Of a DNA stretch of 64,000 nucleotides, positions 37,000 through 46,618 are shown piece after piece. Under the pieces are notes generated by a model that saw only the letters and a list, made by a program, of their open reading frames with translations, searched no databases and had not been told where the DNA came from. The DNA is from an uncultured Candidatus Poseidoniales archaeon. Its GTDB lineage: Archaea > Thermoplasmatota > Poseidoniia > Poseidoniales > Poseidoniaceae. A program made the position numbers and the translations under genes. Positions within the stretch are counted from its first letter, which is position 1; the number at the start of each line of letters is the position of its first letter. The DNA lies in the NCBI GenBank assembly GCA_964613395.1, contig CAZTGO010000006.1, positions 3,764 through 67,763 of the forward strand, written 5' to 3'.

Positions 37000-38049
37000 A
37001 TGGGAAAATCGAGGAGGTTTTTGGTGACTGATGAAATTGATTGGGATTCTCTCACTTTTTCGATGACTCCGACCGAGTTCATGTACATCACATCGATCGA
37101 TGCAGATGAAGCATGGAAACCTGGCCAAATTATCCCATATGGTCCAATCCAGATGTCACCTGCAGCAGGTGTTTTGAATTACGGCCAAGGCCTTTTCGAA
37201 GGCATGAAGGTTTTTCGAACATCAAAGGACAGAATTGTCTTTTTTCGCCCAGAAGAAAACGCTCGCAGGATGCAAAGAGGAGCGGACAGACTGAAAATTC
37301 CCCCAGTCCCAGAATCCATCTTTATCGACGCTGTTGAACAAGTCGTTGCTGCAAACAAAAAATTCATTCCACCAGTTGGCCGAGGTGCATTGTACATCCG
37401 CCCATTGTTAATGGGGAGCGGTCCAATTCTAGGCGTCGCACCAGCACCCTCATACACATTCTTGGTGTATGTTACGCCAGTCGGACCATATTTCAAAGGC
37501 GGCGTTCAAGCAATTGACCTCCTCATTTCAGAAAACCACCACAGAGCTGCACCAGGAGGATCTGGAGGCGTGAAAGCAATCGGAAACTATGCCCCGGGTA
37601 TGAAACCAAGTAAAGAAGCGAAGGCTCAAGGCTACGCTGAAATCATTTACCTCGACGCAGAAACGCACACCTACATCGAAGAAGTCGGGGCCGCGAACTA
37701 CTTCTGTGTTAAAGACGATGTCCTATACACGCCTGAACTCACAGGCACAATTCTTCCGGGCATCACACGTGATTCAACAATTCAGTTGGCACGGTCGCTT
37801 GGTTACACTGTGAATGAAACAAAAGTTCGTGCAGATTTTGCAATGAATGCAGATGAAGCATTTTGCTGCGGAACAGCTGCAGTGATTTCACCCATCGGCT
37901 CGATCACACATGGAGAGGTCAAATCGGTCTATGGTGACGGAACTCCAGGGCCTGTAACCCAATTGCTGTACAACCGCCTAACCGATATTCAAAAAGAGAA
38001 CGGCGAAGATATTTTTTCATGGCTTCATGAACTCCCAGAAAATATTTGA
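37000..38049 (+). CDS. ilvE: Branched-chain amino acid aminotransferase (likely start GTG 37024)
   Basis: LNYGQGLFEGMK, LYIRP, VKAIGNYA (PLP Lys), EEVGAAN, ILPGITR, CGTAAVISPIG. Confidence 0.96.
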   Translation: MGKSRRFLVTDEIDWDSLTFSMTPTEFMYITSIDADEAWKPGQIIPYGPIQMSPAAGVLNYGQGLFEGMKVFRTSKDRIVFFRPEENARRMQRGADRLKIPPVPESIFIDAVEQVVAANKKFIPPVGRGALYIRPLLMGSGPILGVAPAPSYTFLVYVTPVGPYFKGGVQAIDLLISENHHRAAPGGSGGVKAIGNYAPGMKPSKEAKAQGYAEIIYLDAETHTYIEEVGAANYFCVKDDVLYTPELTGTILPGITRDSTIQLARSLGYTVNETKVRADFAMNADEAFCCGTAAVISPIGSITHGEVKSVYGDGTPGPVTQLLYNRLTDIQKENGEDIFSWLHELPENI

Positions 38050-38073
38050 TTTGAAACATAATGAGGGGCAAAG

Positions 38074-38736
38074 ATGCCAGAATATCTCTGGGCAATCATT
38101 CTCGGTTGTTATGTTGTTGCCATTCTTTATGCAACAAAAATCCCCTACAACATGATGGTTGGAAAAGGTGTAGAACATATTCGTGCAGTGTATTATAATC
38201 GAAAAATCGTCCACGTCTTTGCCGGTGGAATCATCTCCCTTGCCATTCCATATGTCTTCACTTCGCCCGTGTATCCATTTTTCTGCGGCCTAGCGTTCAC
38301 CATGTTGATCGGAAGTTTTCACTGGTTTGGTGCACGGTTGACATGGTTTCAAACCGAAGAAAATCAGAACGATGTCAAATTTGCTTTGATGTGGTTTCTA
38401 TCCATCTCAATCTTATGGCAACTCTTCGATGACCCTTGGTTAGCAATCATGCCATCTTTGTTCATGGCCTTTGGTGATGGAATCACCGGCGTTGTACGAA
38501 ACAGAGTTGTTCGCCATCGCTCAAAACACCCGATTGGTAATGTCTTCATGTTCGTCGTTAGTGCCCCGCTTGGCTATCTTTGTGGTCTCATGGCAGATGG
38601 AGCATTTGAGTGGTGGGGCGTCATCGCTGCCCTCATTGCTACACTGGTTGAACGCTATGAGTTTGGTCCAATCGATGACAATATCCTCATTACGCTCGCT
38701 TCGTCATGCATCCTTTTTATCGCAGTTGCACTATGA
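38074..38736 (+). CDS. Phytol/dolichol kinase-like (SEC59/DGK1/VTE5, CTP-dependent) membrane protein
   Basis: RKIVHVFAGG, AFGDGITGVV, SK..IGN, DDNI. Multi-TM. Confidence 0.8.
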   Translation: MPEYLWAIILGCYVVAILYATKIPYNMMVGKGVEHIRAVYYNRKIVHVFAGGIISLAIPYVFTSPVYPFFCGLAFTMLIGSFHWFGARLTWFQTEENQNDVKFALMWFLSISILWQLFDDPWLAIMPSLFMAFGDGITGVVRNRVVRHRSKHPIGNVFMFVVSAPLGYLCGLMADGAFEWWGVIAALIATLVERYEFGPIDDNILITLASSCILFIAVAL

Positions 38737-38798
38737 CAGGCATCAATATCGTCATATCGTCCCATAACGAATAAAAACCGTTTTCTTGAGGGAAGGAC

Positions 38799-38981
38799 AT
38801 GACTAGTGTTGTATCCATGCTTGAAGACATGATTGCTACTTTAAATGAAACAATGAAAGATGCCGCAAAATCGGACAAAGGAAACAAAACTGCGGGTACA
38901 AGAGTTCGAAAAGTTATGCAAGACATCAAGCGATCAGCACAAGATGTACGTATTCAAATCCAAGAAAATCGAACAGAATAA
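38799..38981 (+). CDS. Hc1 (histone H1-like) core-domain small protein
   Basis: DAAKSDKGNKTAGTRVRKVMQDIK matches the GNK.AG.R.RK signature as I recall it for the Hc1 family. Confidence 0.7.
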   Translation: MTSVVSMLEDMIATLNETMKDAAKSDKGNKTAGTRVRKVMQDIKRSAQDVRIQIQENRTE

Positions 38982-39030
38982 TCCTCAATGATATGAGAAT
39001 GACTTTGGAGCGAATTCCGTAGTCCTCCTC

Positions 39031-40080
39031 ATGTTTCACCCGCTTCGTGGGATAAAAGTTCTCGATTTGTCACGAATTCTCGCAGGCCCGTATTGCGGCC
39101 AGCAATTGGCTGATTTGGGAGCAGATGTCCTGAAAATCGAAGCCCCGTGGGGTGATGATACAAGGAAATGGGGCCCTCCATTTACAACTGGTTTTGATGG
39201 CTCTGAGGTTGCTGCATACTTCTTGTCCTGCAACAAAGGTAAGGAGATCACAACCGCACATCTCACCGATGATTGGGACAAAATACAACAACACATCGAA
39301 GAAAGCGACGTGATTCTTGAGAATTTCAAACCTGGAACCTTAGAAAAACACATTGGTACTTGGCCAAAACAGGCGATTGTTTGCCGAATCACCGGCTATG
39401 GTCAAAACGGTCCAAGAATGCATCAACCAGCTTACGACCTCACAATGCAAGCAAGGTCAGGCATTATGTCAATGACTGGTGAACAGGGCCGGCCTCCCGT
39501 CAAGATTGGTGTTGCATGGATTGATGTGATGACGGGAATGACGGCAACATCGGCGATACTGGCTGCTCTTTTGGAACGGGAAAGGTCTGGTAAAGGTTCG
39601 ATTCTTGACATATCTTTGTGGGATGTGGCCCTTGCATCGATGGTCAATCAAGCGCATAATGTCTTCAGCGGCATAGAGCCTATCCCAATGGGCTCTTCAC
39701 ACCCAAATCTCGTTCCATACAAGGTTTTTGAAGCGAAAGATGGATGGTTTGCTTTAGGAATTGGCTCGGACGAACAGTGGAACACATTGTGCGATCGAGT
39801 CGAATTATCTTCAAATCCAACGTATGCAACCAACAAAGGAAGAATATTTCATCGGAACGATGTCGAGCAATTGGTACAAGACGCTCTCGCCAAGTACACG
39901 CGCGCTGAATTGGAACATTTGCTCGCAGGTCTCCCTTGTGCCCCTGTCAATACTTTGAAGGAGGCACTAACAGATGATCATTCAACCACAAGACAAGTGA
40001 CGGAAACAGTCCAAGGTGTTCAAACATTGAGTTCCGTGTTTCGACATTGCTTGGTTCAAAATGAAAAGAGCGATGTTTGA
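39031..40080 (+). CDS. CoA-transferase family III (CaiB/BaiF)
   Basis: LRGIKVLDLSRILAGP, LADLGADVLKIE, GDDTR, ENFKPG, ITGYGQNGP, YD (catalytic Asp). Confidence 0.93.
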   Translation: MFHPLRGIKVLDLSRILAGPYCGQQLADLGADVLKIEAPWGDDTRKWGPPFTTGFDGSEVAAYFLSCNKGKEITTAHLTDDWDKIQQHIEESDVILENFKPGTLEKHIGTWPKQAIVCRITGYGQNGPRMHQPAYDLTMQARSGIMSMTGEQGRPPVKIGVAWIDVMTGMTATSAILAALLERERSGKGSILDISLWDVALASMVNQAHNVFSGIEPIPMGSSHPNLVPYKVFEAKDGWFALGIGSDEQWNTLCDRVELSSNPTYATNKGRIFHRNDVEQLVQDALAKYTRAELEHLLAGLPCAPVNTLKEALTDDHSTTRQVTETVQGVQTLSSVFRHCLVQNEKSDV

Positions 40081-41096
40081 CCAGAGGAACGTAACCTTCC
40101 TCCCTCTTCGAGTTTCTCAAATGCCTGGTCCATTCGGCGTTGACTAAACTCACGCTCAACTTGTAAAAATTGCACGAGGCCTTCACGGTTCACCTCTTTC
40201 AATTGCAGGTCTTGCGAGTCAACTTCATTGTTCGGATGATTGAGGAAGATGTCTCGAATCTCAGTGATATTTTCTGGAATGTCATGACCTTTCAATTCAC
40301 AAATCGCTTCCATCGTTTTGTGTTCACGAATAAGTTTGAGGCCGGTCTTCGGGCCAATACCTTTCAAACCGGGATGAAAATCAGTCCCAATCATTATGCC
40401 AAGGTCGACGAGTTGTTCTCTAGAAATCGACAACGCTTCAAGCATGGTTTCGAGATGTATTTCTTGAGCATGAATGATTCTGCCGTGTGATTTTGAACCA
40501 TCGTTCATGAGATTTCGTACCAGAAGTGGAGATCCATACAGGAGGGCGTCCCAATCTTGTGTTGCTACGACATCAAGTTGACCTTTCATCGCCATAACGG
40601 CTGCTTGTGCCTCTCCCTCTGCTGCAGCGTCAACCCAAGGCACGCCGAGTAGATCGAGCAGGGTTTTGGTCTCTTCAACCATTTCAGGACTGTAATGCAT
40701 AATTCGTTGAGCCATCTTTTGTGCCAATTTGAAGTCGCCCTTTGCAAGAGCCTCCTTGTGAATTTCTTCAGCTTCGACCCTCCTTTGTCTTCGTTGTTCT
40801 ATTTCATCTGCTTTCAACGCAGGTGAAGGGCCGTCGAAGACATAAACTGGATGAATTCTATGAGATAGAAGCACTGAAGTTCTGTGAAGAAAACCCATGA
40901 GGTGTGCAACGATACGGCCATCGGTTGTTCTCAAAGCACCACCATCACCTGTTGGTGAACGGTCTCGCATCGTGGTAAGAAATTGGAAGGCTGTGAGAAA
41001 GGCATCAATCCCAACTTTTTTTCCGGATAATGCAGTGAGTGATGTCTGCTGTGGATTTGCGAGGTCTCGAAGATTACAGCCCATAACTGATAGCAT
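40056..41096 (-). CDS. fen: Flap endonuclease 1
   Basis: MGCNL, GIDAF...QF, YVFDG, EGEAQAA, TQDWDALLYG, GTDF.PG..GIGPKTGLKL. C-terminal PIP box QTSLFSF. Confidence 0.96.
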   Translation of the reverse strand: MLSVMGCNLRDLANPQQTSLTALSGKKVGIDAFLTAFQFLTTMRDRSPTGDGGALRTTDGRIVAHLMGFLHRTSVLLSHRIHPVYVFDGPSPALKADEIEQRRQRRVEAEEIHKEALAKGDFKLAQKMAQRIMHYSPEMVEETKTLLDLLGVPWVDAAAEGEAQAAVMAMKGQLDVVATQDWDALLYGSPLLVRNLMNDGSKSHGRIIHAQEIHLETMLEALSISREQLVDLGIMIGTDFHPGLKGIGPKTGLKLIREHKTMEAICELKGHDIPENITEIRDIFLNHPNNEVDSQDLQLKEVNREGLVQFLQVEREFSQRRMDQAFEKLEEGGRLRSSGQTSLFSF

Positions 41097-41160
41097 ATGA
41101 CCACACTATGTATGTGTTGGCATACGCCATCATCAAGAAGTTGAACCCGAACCAATAGAC

Positions 41161-42303
41161 ATGAGCGAGTTCATGGTCTCAATTCGAGGTTGGCACCTTG
41201 CTCTTGCTCGGGCTGAACTCCAAGCTCTTCTACCAAATATGACCGTCAAGGATACTCAAGCGAGCCGATGGTTCGTTGTTCAAGGCCCGATGAACCATGA
41301 AGAACTCCTCCAGGCATTGCTGCCTGCAGCGAATGTTGAGTGTGTCTTTTCCCATGCTCAACTTTTGCAATGGGATGGCTCTTATGAGCAACTTCTTAAT
41401 GTCATGAAACCATCGATTCTTGGAAAAACATCCGTTCAAGTCGCCACGCATACGTGGAAACATGGTAAGAAAATTGAAGGCTGCTCAATCTCAACCCTCT
41501 CAAAAATGGTCGGTGGAATCTTGGTTGAACAAGGTTGTTTGATTGACCTTGAAAACGCTCAGCACATCTATGGTATATGTTCAGATGCGACATCTAGCAC
41601 ACTGGTTGTGGGATGGTTTGTCGGGTCTACACCTCAGGCATTCGGCGCTGAACGTCGTCAGGCAACAGAACGCCCTTTTTTCAAACCAGTATCGCTTGAT
41701 CCACGCCTTGCCCGAACAGCGATGAACATTGCTTGTGGACCTGTCTCAGAACACTATGTCCTCGACCCGATGACTGGAACCGGTGGATTTGTCATTGAAG
41801 CATCCCTCTCCGGACGGAATGGGATAGGACTTGACCACAATTCGGCCATGGTCGAAGGTGCCACACAGAACCTTCGGTGGGCTCAAGAGGGCAACGATTC
41901 ATCGACATGTGAAATCTTACGAGGAGATGCGACGGACCTCGCTACATACCTACCATCCAAGTATCATGGTCAAATTTGCGGAATCGTTCTTGACCCCCCA
42001 TACGGAAGAAATTCTCAGGGTTCGTTTCAACCACTAGAATTGTTAGAAAAAACACTCGAATCAGCACGAGGAGTCCTCGCACATATGGCGGGAATGGTTC
42101 TCATTCTCCCAATTCATCCGTTTCCAACGTTCATGGAATCAAATTTTCCTCGCAATGAAATTATGCCACTCCATGGATCGTTTTCAGATTTCGAAACAAT
42201 GCTTTCCTCAAAAGGTTGGACAATTGAGAATCTATTTTGCGAACGGGTTCACAAAAGTCTTACTCGACTTGTCGTTCATGCAAAATTTGTTCTTCCAAAT
42301 TAA
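41161..42303 (+). CDS. THUMP + SAM-dependent methyltransferase (Trm11/TrmG10-like tRNA m2G10)
   Basis: RPFFKPVSLDPRLAR..NI, LDPMTGTGGF..EA, LDPPYGR. Confidence 0.85.
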   Translation: MSEFMVSIRGWHLALARAELQALLPNMTVKDTQASRWFVVQGPMNHEELLQALLPAANVECVFSHAQLLQWDGSYEQLLNVMKPSILGKTSVQVATHTWKHGKKIEGCSISTLSKMVGGILVEQGCLIDLENAQHIYGICSDATSSTLVVGWFVGSTPQAFGAERRQATERPFFKPVSLDPRLARTAMNIACGPVSEHYVLDPMTGTGGFVIEASLSGRNGIGLDHNSAMVEGATQNLRWAQEGNDSSTCEILRGDATDLATYLPSKYHGQICGIVLDPPYGRNSQGSFQPLELLEKTLESARGVLAHMAGMVLILPIHPFPTFMESNFPRNEIMPLHGSFSDFETMLSSKGWTIENLFCERVHKSLTRLVVHAKFVLPN

Positions 42304-42679
42304 GAAGCGAACTTGTAATTTCTTGGGTAGGAGCATCAAATTTCTCTTTGTGAGGGCAACCTTCGTCTAAAATGGCTTCATCATGTTCATTTAGCACATA
42401 AGGGTAGGTTTGGCATCCCTTTGGTCGAATTTCATAGACAGAGCACATCCCCTCAGCAAATGGATCTGGACTTGATGTGAGAAGAAAAACGCAAGCCTTC
42501 GTCGAGGTATCGTTGAGAAGCATCCGAATTCCATCGGATTCCCAAGAAAAGTCATCCACATTGAGCCCGGTCCTCCTCGACAAGCGAGCTGCTTCCGTCT
42601 GTGTGATGGGCATGGTCGTCTCTCTGCAACAAGCCGAACATTTCATAGGAATGCACGGTAATTTCTTGCCCATGAACAA
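42260..42679 (-). CDS. YkgJ/UPF0153 family Cys-cluster protein
   Basis: C....CSACC...CVFL...CSVYEIRPKGCQTYP. Confidence 0.88.
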   Translation of the reverse strand: MFMGKKLPCIPMKCSACCRETTMPITQTEAARLSRRTGLNVDDFSWESDGIRMLLNDTSTKACVFLLTSSPDPFAEGMCSVYEIRPKGCQTYPYVLNEHDEAILDEGCPHKEKFDAPTQEITSSLLNLEEQILHERQVE

Positions 42680-42729
42680 GGCAAACCATCCGCCTTATTC
42701 AAGAAGGGGGGATGATTCGGGTGGTTTAC

Positions 42730-42806
42730 GGGCGATTAGGGTAGTCTGGATATCCTTCCGGCCTTCGGAGCCGGAGACGGGGGTTCGAATCCTCCATCGC
42801 CCGCCA
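42730..42806 (+). tRNA. tRNA-Arg(TCG), CCA encoded
   Basis: Acceptor GGGCGAT/ATCGCCC, anticodon arm CCGGC-CTTCGGA-GCCGG, T loop TTCGAAT, then G-CCA. Confidence 0.96.
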
Positions 42807-42810
42807 GCAA

Positions 42811-43902
42811 TCACATGCTACTTCTGTAGTGAAGCACTTCTTCTACTCCCCACTGAAGACGCCCCACACATCGAAGACCGTGTGATTCGAGAACACTTGA
42901 ATCGATGTTCGACAAATGTGGTTCAGAATGCATAACTTCTGATTGAACAAGAAAGAACTCATCAACAAAGCCGTGCTTCAAAAATTCCTGAATGGTTGTC
43001 GGACCACCCTCGACAAGAAGACGCTGGATGTTCTGGTCTGCGAGCATGTGGAGTAATGATTCGAGCGAAGTAAAGGAGGTGGTGAGGTGCAAAAAATCCC
43101 CTTGTTGCTGAGTGAATTTTGCATTTGGCGGGCACTTTCCATTCGGGTCAATCACGATGCGGAGAGGTTGGTTTTTGACATTGATACCACGTACCGTTAG
43201 TTGTGGGTCGTCACGAAGAACGGTGTTCGCTCCCACAAGTATCGCATCGACATCGGCACGTAGTTCGTGCACGTGCCTGAGGCACTCTTCGGAAGTAAAT
43301 CGCTTCGATGTTCCGGACCTGTCATCGACTGAGCCTTCGAGATTTTGTGCTAATTTGACCGTGACGAGGGGTCGGCGATGCTCACACCAATGCATGAATG
43401 GTAACATCTGTTCATGGGCTTCCTGCTTGCACAATCCGTTTCGAACACGTATCCCTGCGTCGATGAGTGCTTGACTTCCTTGTCCACGAACGGTGGGGTT
43501 AGGGTCTTCATGGGCAATGACGACTTCCTTGATGCCAGCCCACATCAAAGCCTCGGTACATGGCGGAGTTCTTCCGAAATGATTGCATGGTTCAAGGGTG
43601 ACATAGGCTGTAGAACCATTCGGTGAAATCCCTCGCTCCTCTGCGTCGTGAATCGCCATCTGTTCAGCATGTAGCCCACCGAGGTGATCATGCCAACCCT
43701 CCGCGATGATGTTGCCATCTTTGACAAGGACACACCCTACAAGTGGATTTGGACTCACTTTTGTTCGTCCTCGTTCGGCAATTTCGAGCGCTCGGGTCAT
43801 GAAGGATGTTTCATCCTCAGACCATTCGCTCATGGCGGTTGCGTCAACCCCCTCCTTGAAGATATGTTGCATGCTGCCCTCAACAGAATATTCAAGCATC
43901 AA
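42811..43902 (-). CDS. ribD: Bifunctional riboflavin deaminase/reductase (bacterial-type RibD); real start probably ~70 nt downstream of ORF start
   Basis: PNPLVGCVLV, HAE, TLEPCNHFGRTPPC (Zn deaminase). DAILVGANTVLRDDPQLT and LVEGG (reductase). Confidence 0.92.
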   Translation of the reverse strand: MMLEYSVEGSMQHIFKEGVDATAMSEWSEDETSFMTRALEIAERGRTKVSPNPLVGCVLVKDGNIIAEGWHDHLGGLHAEQMAIHDAEERGISPNGSTAYVTLEPCNHFGRTPPCTEALMWAGIKEVVIAHEDPNPTVRGQGSQALIDAGIRVRNGLCKQEAHEQMLPFMHWCEHRRPLVTVKLAQNLEGSVDDRSGTSKRFTSEECLRHVHELRADVDAILVGANTVLRDDPQLTVRGINVKNQPLRIVIDPNGKCPPNAKFTQQQGDFLHLTTSFTSLESLLHMLADQNIQRLLVEGGPTTIQEFLKHGFVDEFFLVQSEVMHSEPHLSNIDSSVLESHGLRCVGRLQWGVEEVLHYRSSM

Positions 43903-43920
43903 TACGCCTACGATGCTGGT

Positions 43921-44982
43921 ATGGGTTTATTCCACTGCATCGTCAATCCAGCGAGTAGGGATTACCAGTGTGGTAAACAATGGCCAAAAATTCGGGCTGC
44001 AATTGAACAACGCGGTCATGAAGTCAAAGAATACATCACACAACATGTTGGGCATGCTTCACATCTTTCCAATGATATTCGAACCAGTTGGGAAGAGAAC
44101 GGTATTGGTGGCGAGGCCGAAGGTAAGCCACCGGTGGTTGTAGCCGTTGGTGGTGATGGTGTGGCCCATGAGGTCGCCAGTGGTATTCGAGGGTCAACGC
44201 TTGTTCTTGCTCAAATTCCGTTCGGATCAGGCAATGATTACTGTATCACCCATAACATTTCTCGAAAAAATCTTGACCAAGTTCTCGATGTCTTAGAAAG
44301 TGGCGTCAATAGGCATTGTGGAGCATGGCGCCTCGAAGGGTATGCATGCAACGAAGAGAAGGGATATCCTGCTCCGAGCCAAAATTCGTGGGATGGGGCA
44401 CCAAAGAATGAAAACAAAATTGTCAGGTGGGTCTTCCTTGAATCAGACGCGGGTATTACATCAGCAATTTCAAGAGCAAAATTGCGTCGGGCAAAATGGC
44501 TCAAGGGACCAAAAAAATACACGTATCTCGGAGTGACGACTATTCCTGTATGGCCTCGAAGGAAAGTGAGAATGCAGATTGATGATGAGGAGCCATGGGA
44601 TGGTGACATCACCATGTTCACTGCTACCACTGGGGAAACGTTTGGAGGCGGGTACAAAGTGAATCCGGGTATGTTTCCCATTCGAGAAAAAGGTATGATC
44701 GTCTTTGCTGCACGACTTTCTCGACTCGCCATGTTGCAGTTGATGGGACCGGTGAAAAAAGGAAAGCATATTGGAAAATGGGGCATATACCAAAAAGATG
44801 CAATGAACATTCAACTTTGGCCGCTTTCAAAAGATGGGTCGAAAAGTGAGATTCCTCTTGAGCCTCCCACATTCATTCAAGCAGACGGTGAGCCACTTCT
44901 TCAGCTGCCGGCTTCACTTGAATGGCATACAAAACAACTCTTTGTTCGAGGTGCCCCAACAATTTCTTGGGCTTCAGAATGA
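43921..44982 (+). CDS. Diacylglycerol/lipid kinase family protein (YegS/BmrU-like)
   Basis: IVNPAS, VAVGGDGVAHEV, IPFGSGND, FGGG, IQADGE. ATG 43921 chosen as start. Confidence 0.88.
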   Translation: MGLFHCIVNPASRDYQCGKQWPKIRAAIEQRGHEVKEYITQHVGHASHLSNDIRTSWEENGIGGEAEGKPPVVVAVGGDGVAHEVASGIRGSTLVLAQIPFGSGNDYCITHNISRKNLDQVLDVLESGVNRHCGAWRLEGYACNEEKGYPAPSQNSWDGAPKNENKIVRWVFLESDAGITSAISRAKLRRAKWLKGPKKYTYLGVTTIPVWPRRKVRMQIDDEEPWDGDITMFTATTGETFGGGYKVNPGMFPIREKGMIVFAARLSRLAMLQLMGPVKKGKHIGKWGIYQKDAMNIQLWPLSKDGSKSEIPLEPPTFIQADGEPLLQLPASLEWHTKQLFVRGAPTISWASE

Positions 44983-46458
44983 AAAGTCTGAGAAGTCATC
45001 GTCTTCATCGTCATCGAAGGTTTGGCGTTGCGGCGGGGCTCGTCGTTGAGGTTCCGCCTCACTCTTTTCTTCCCATGGCTGAGATGTTGCTTTTTTGACC
45101 GCTTTTCGTCGACGAACAGGAGGTTGACGCTTCACCTCTGGCTCGGCTTGCCTTTCTTCAGGTTCTGAAGCCACAGTTGTTCTCGAAGGAGGCGGGCCTC
45201 GTGAACGAGGGGGTGTTGCTGATTCTCGGGCTGGTGGTTCTTTTGCAGCACTTGAACCAACCGAGGAGAGTTGAGAGGTCACAGCAGAGTTGCTTGATTT
45301 TCTGGTAGGGGCTTGTGCACCTGGCCCTGATGTTCGTGATGATTTTCCTGCAGTGGCGAGGACGCTATCCAAATCGAACCCACCTAGTTCGTCTGAATCT
45401 CCCTCGGAAGGAAGGATGGTCGAGGATTTTCTCTCTTCCAATTTTGCCTTTGCCTCTGCTTCTTTCCGTTGGCGTTTCAAACGTTCCTCAGGTGATTCCA
45501 TACCCTCTTTCTTTGCGACTTTAATATCGGCCTTTACTTTGGCCACCTTGGACATGCCTTCCTCTCCAACGAGGACTTTCATCTGGTCTTTTGCATCTTT
45601 GAGAAGCAACGTCTTTGAGAAAATGAAGGTAGCAACAGCCCCTCCAATTCCAAAGATAAAGAACGATGAAATGTAACCTGCTCGGCCACCAATAAAGGCA
45701 ACATCACCGTGTACCCATTCTTCTTCATCGTTACCGTTTTCGGAAATAACGCCGCTTGAAAGCACAATTTCCTCAACCAAGACATATTCAGAAAATTTGT
45801 CACCATCAAATGCAAGGTCACACTTCGAATTCGCTTCAAATCGGTTCGCATTGTTGGGTAGGATATATCCTGAGATTGATACTGGCTGATGCCACTCAGT
45901 GAGGGCAACCATACCTTCAAGGACATTTTGTGATGATGGAATAAGGCCAAGCACATACCACTTGCTTTCCAATTCTGATTTGGTAAGGTCAACGCCACCG
46001 GATTTGGTGTCCGGACTAATTGGGTCTTCCCATGTGTTGAGGTCGATTCGTGGCCCTTCGCCAGCAGGAACATTTTCTGCATTTGAAAAGCTCATTCTTT
46101 GAACTGCAACGGCTAACGCCGTGCTTCGTGATAGAACAGTGGGTAGACCTTCCTCAGCAATATCTTTGTTGAATGGTTCATGTGCATCATAAAGATAACT
46201 GGATGCGAGATAACCAGTGAAGGTAAATGCCGTGCCGTTGTTTTCACTCGTGTTCGAATCTTGATCTACATCGCAACCAATGGAATTTACAGTTCGGGAA
46301 TCGGATGTTGTGAAAGGTGTTAACGTGTATGTCCCATCACCATTATCGTTGACATGAACAGCATTTGATGATTTTCCCCACTCTGGTGCAGCAGGACCAA
46401 TACAGCCTGCTACAACCATCGAGGCGAGGATAACCAACACAAGCACACCTCGGCGCAT
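44974..46458 (-). CDS. Hypothetical lipoprotein-like membrane protein with long charged disordered cytoplasmic tail
   Basis: Start MRRGVLVLVILASMVVAGCIG (lipobox-like). TM at YISSFFIFGIGGAVATFIF. S/P/R/E-rich tail. Confidence 0.75.
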   Translation of the reverse strand: MRRGVLVLVILASMVVAGCIGPAAPEWGKSSNAVHVNDNGDGTYTLTPFTTSDSRTVNSIGCDVDQDSNTSENNGTAFTFTGYLASSYLYDAHEPFNKDIAEEGLPTVLSRSTALAVAVQRMSFSNAENVPAGEGPRIDLNTWEDPISPDTKSGGVDLTKSELESKWYVLGLIPSSQNVLEGMVALTEWHQPVSISGYILPNNANRFEANSKCDLAFDGDKFSEYVLVEEIVLSSGVISENGNDEEEWVHGDVAFIGGRAGYISSFFIFGIGGAVATFIFSKTLLLKDAKDQMKVLVGEEGMSKVAKVKADIKVAKKEGMESPEERLKRQRKEAEAKAKLEERKSSTILPSEGDSDELGGFDLDSVLATAGKSSRTSGPGAQAPTRKSSNSAVTSQLSSVGSSAAKEPPARESATPPRSRGPPPSRTTVASEPEERQAEPEVKRQPPVRRRKAVKKATSQPWEEKSEAEPQRRAPPQRQTFDDDEDDDFSDFSF

Positions 46459-46511
46459 GTTCCATCTAAGATGGATTGAGTTTGAGAACTCTTCCCTTGA
46501 TTTTTTTGTTA

Positions 46512-46597
46512 TGGCGCGGTCGGAGAGATTTGAACTCCCGAGTCCAAGGGACACCGGATTTCAAATCCGGCGCAATACCAGGCTATGCGACGACCGC
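46512..46597 (-). tRNA. tRNA-Ser(TGA), CCA encoded
   Basis: Reverse complement gives acceptor GCGGTCG/CGACCGC, anticodon arm CCGGA-TTTGAAA-TCCGG, a long variable arm, and G-CCA. Confidence 0.96.
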
Positions 46598-46618
46598 AGG
46601 TAATTTAGCCAATTCACT

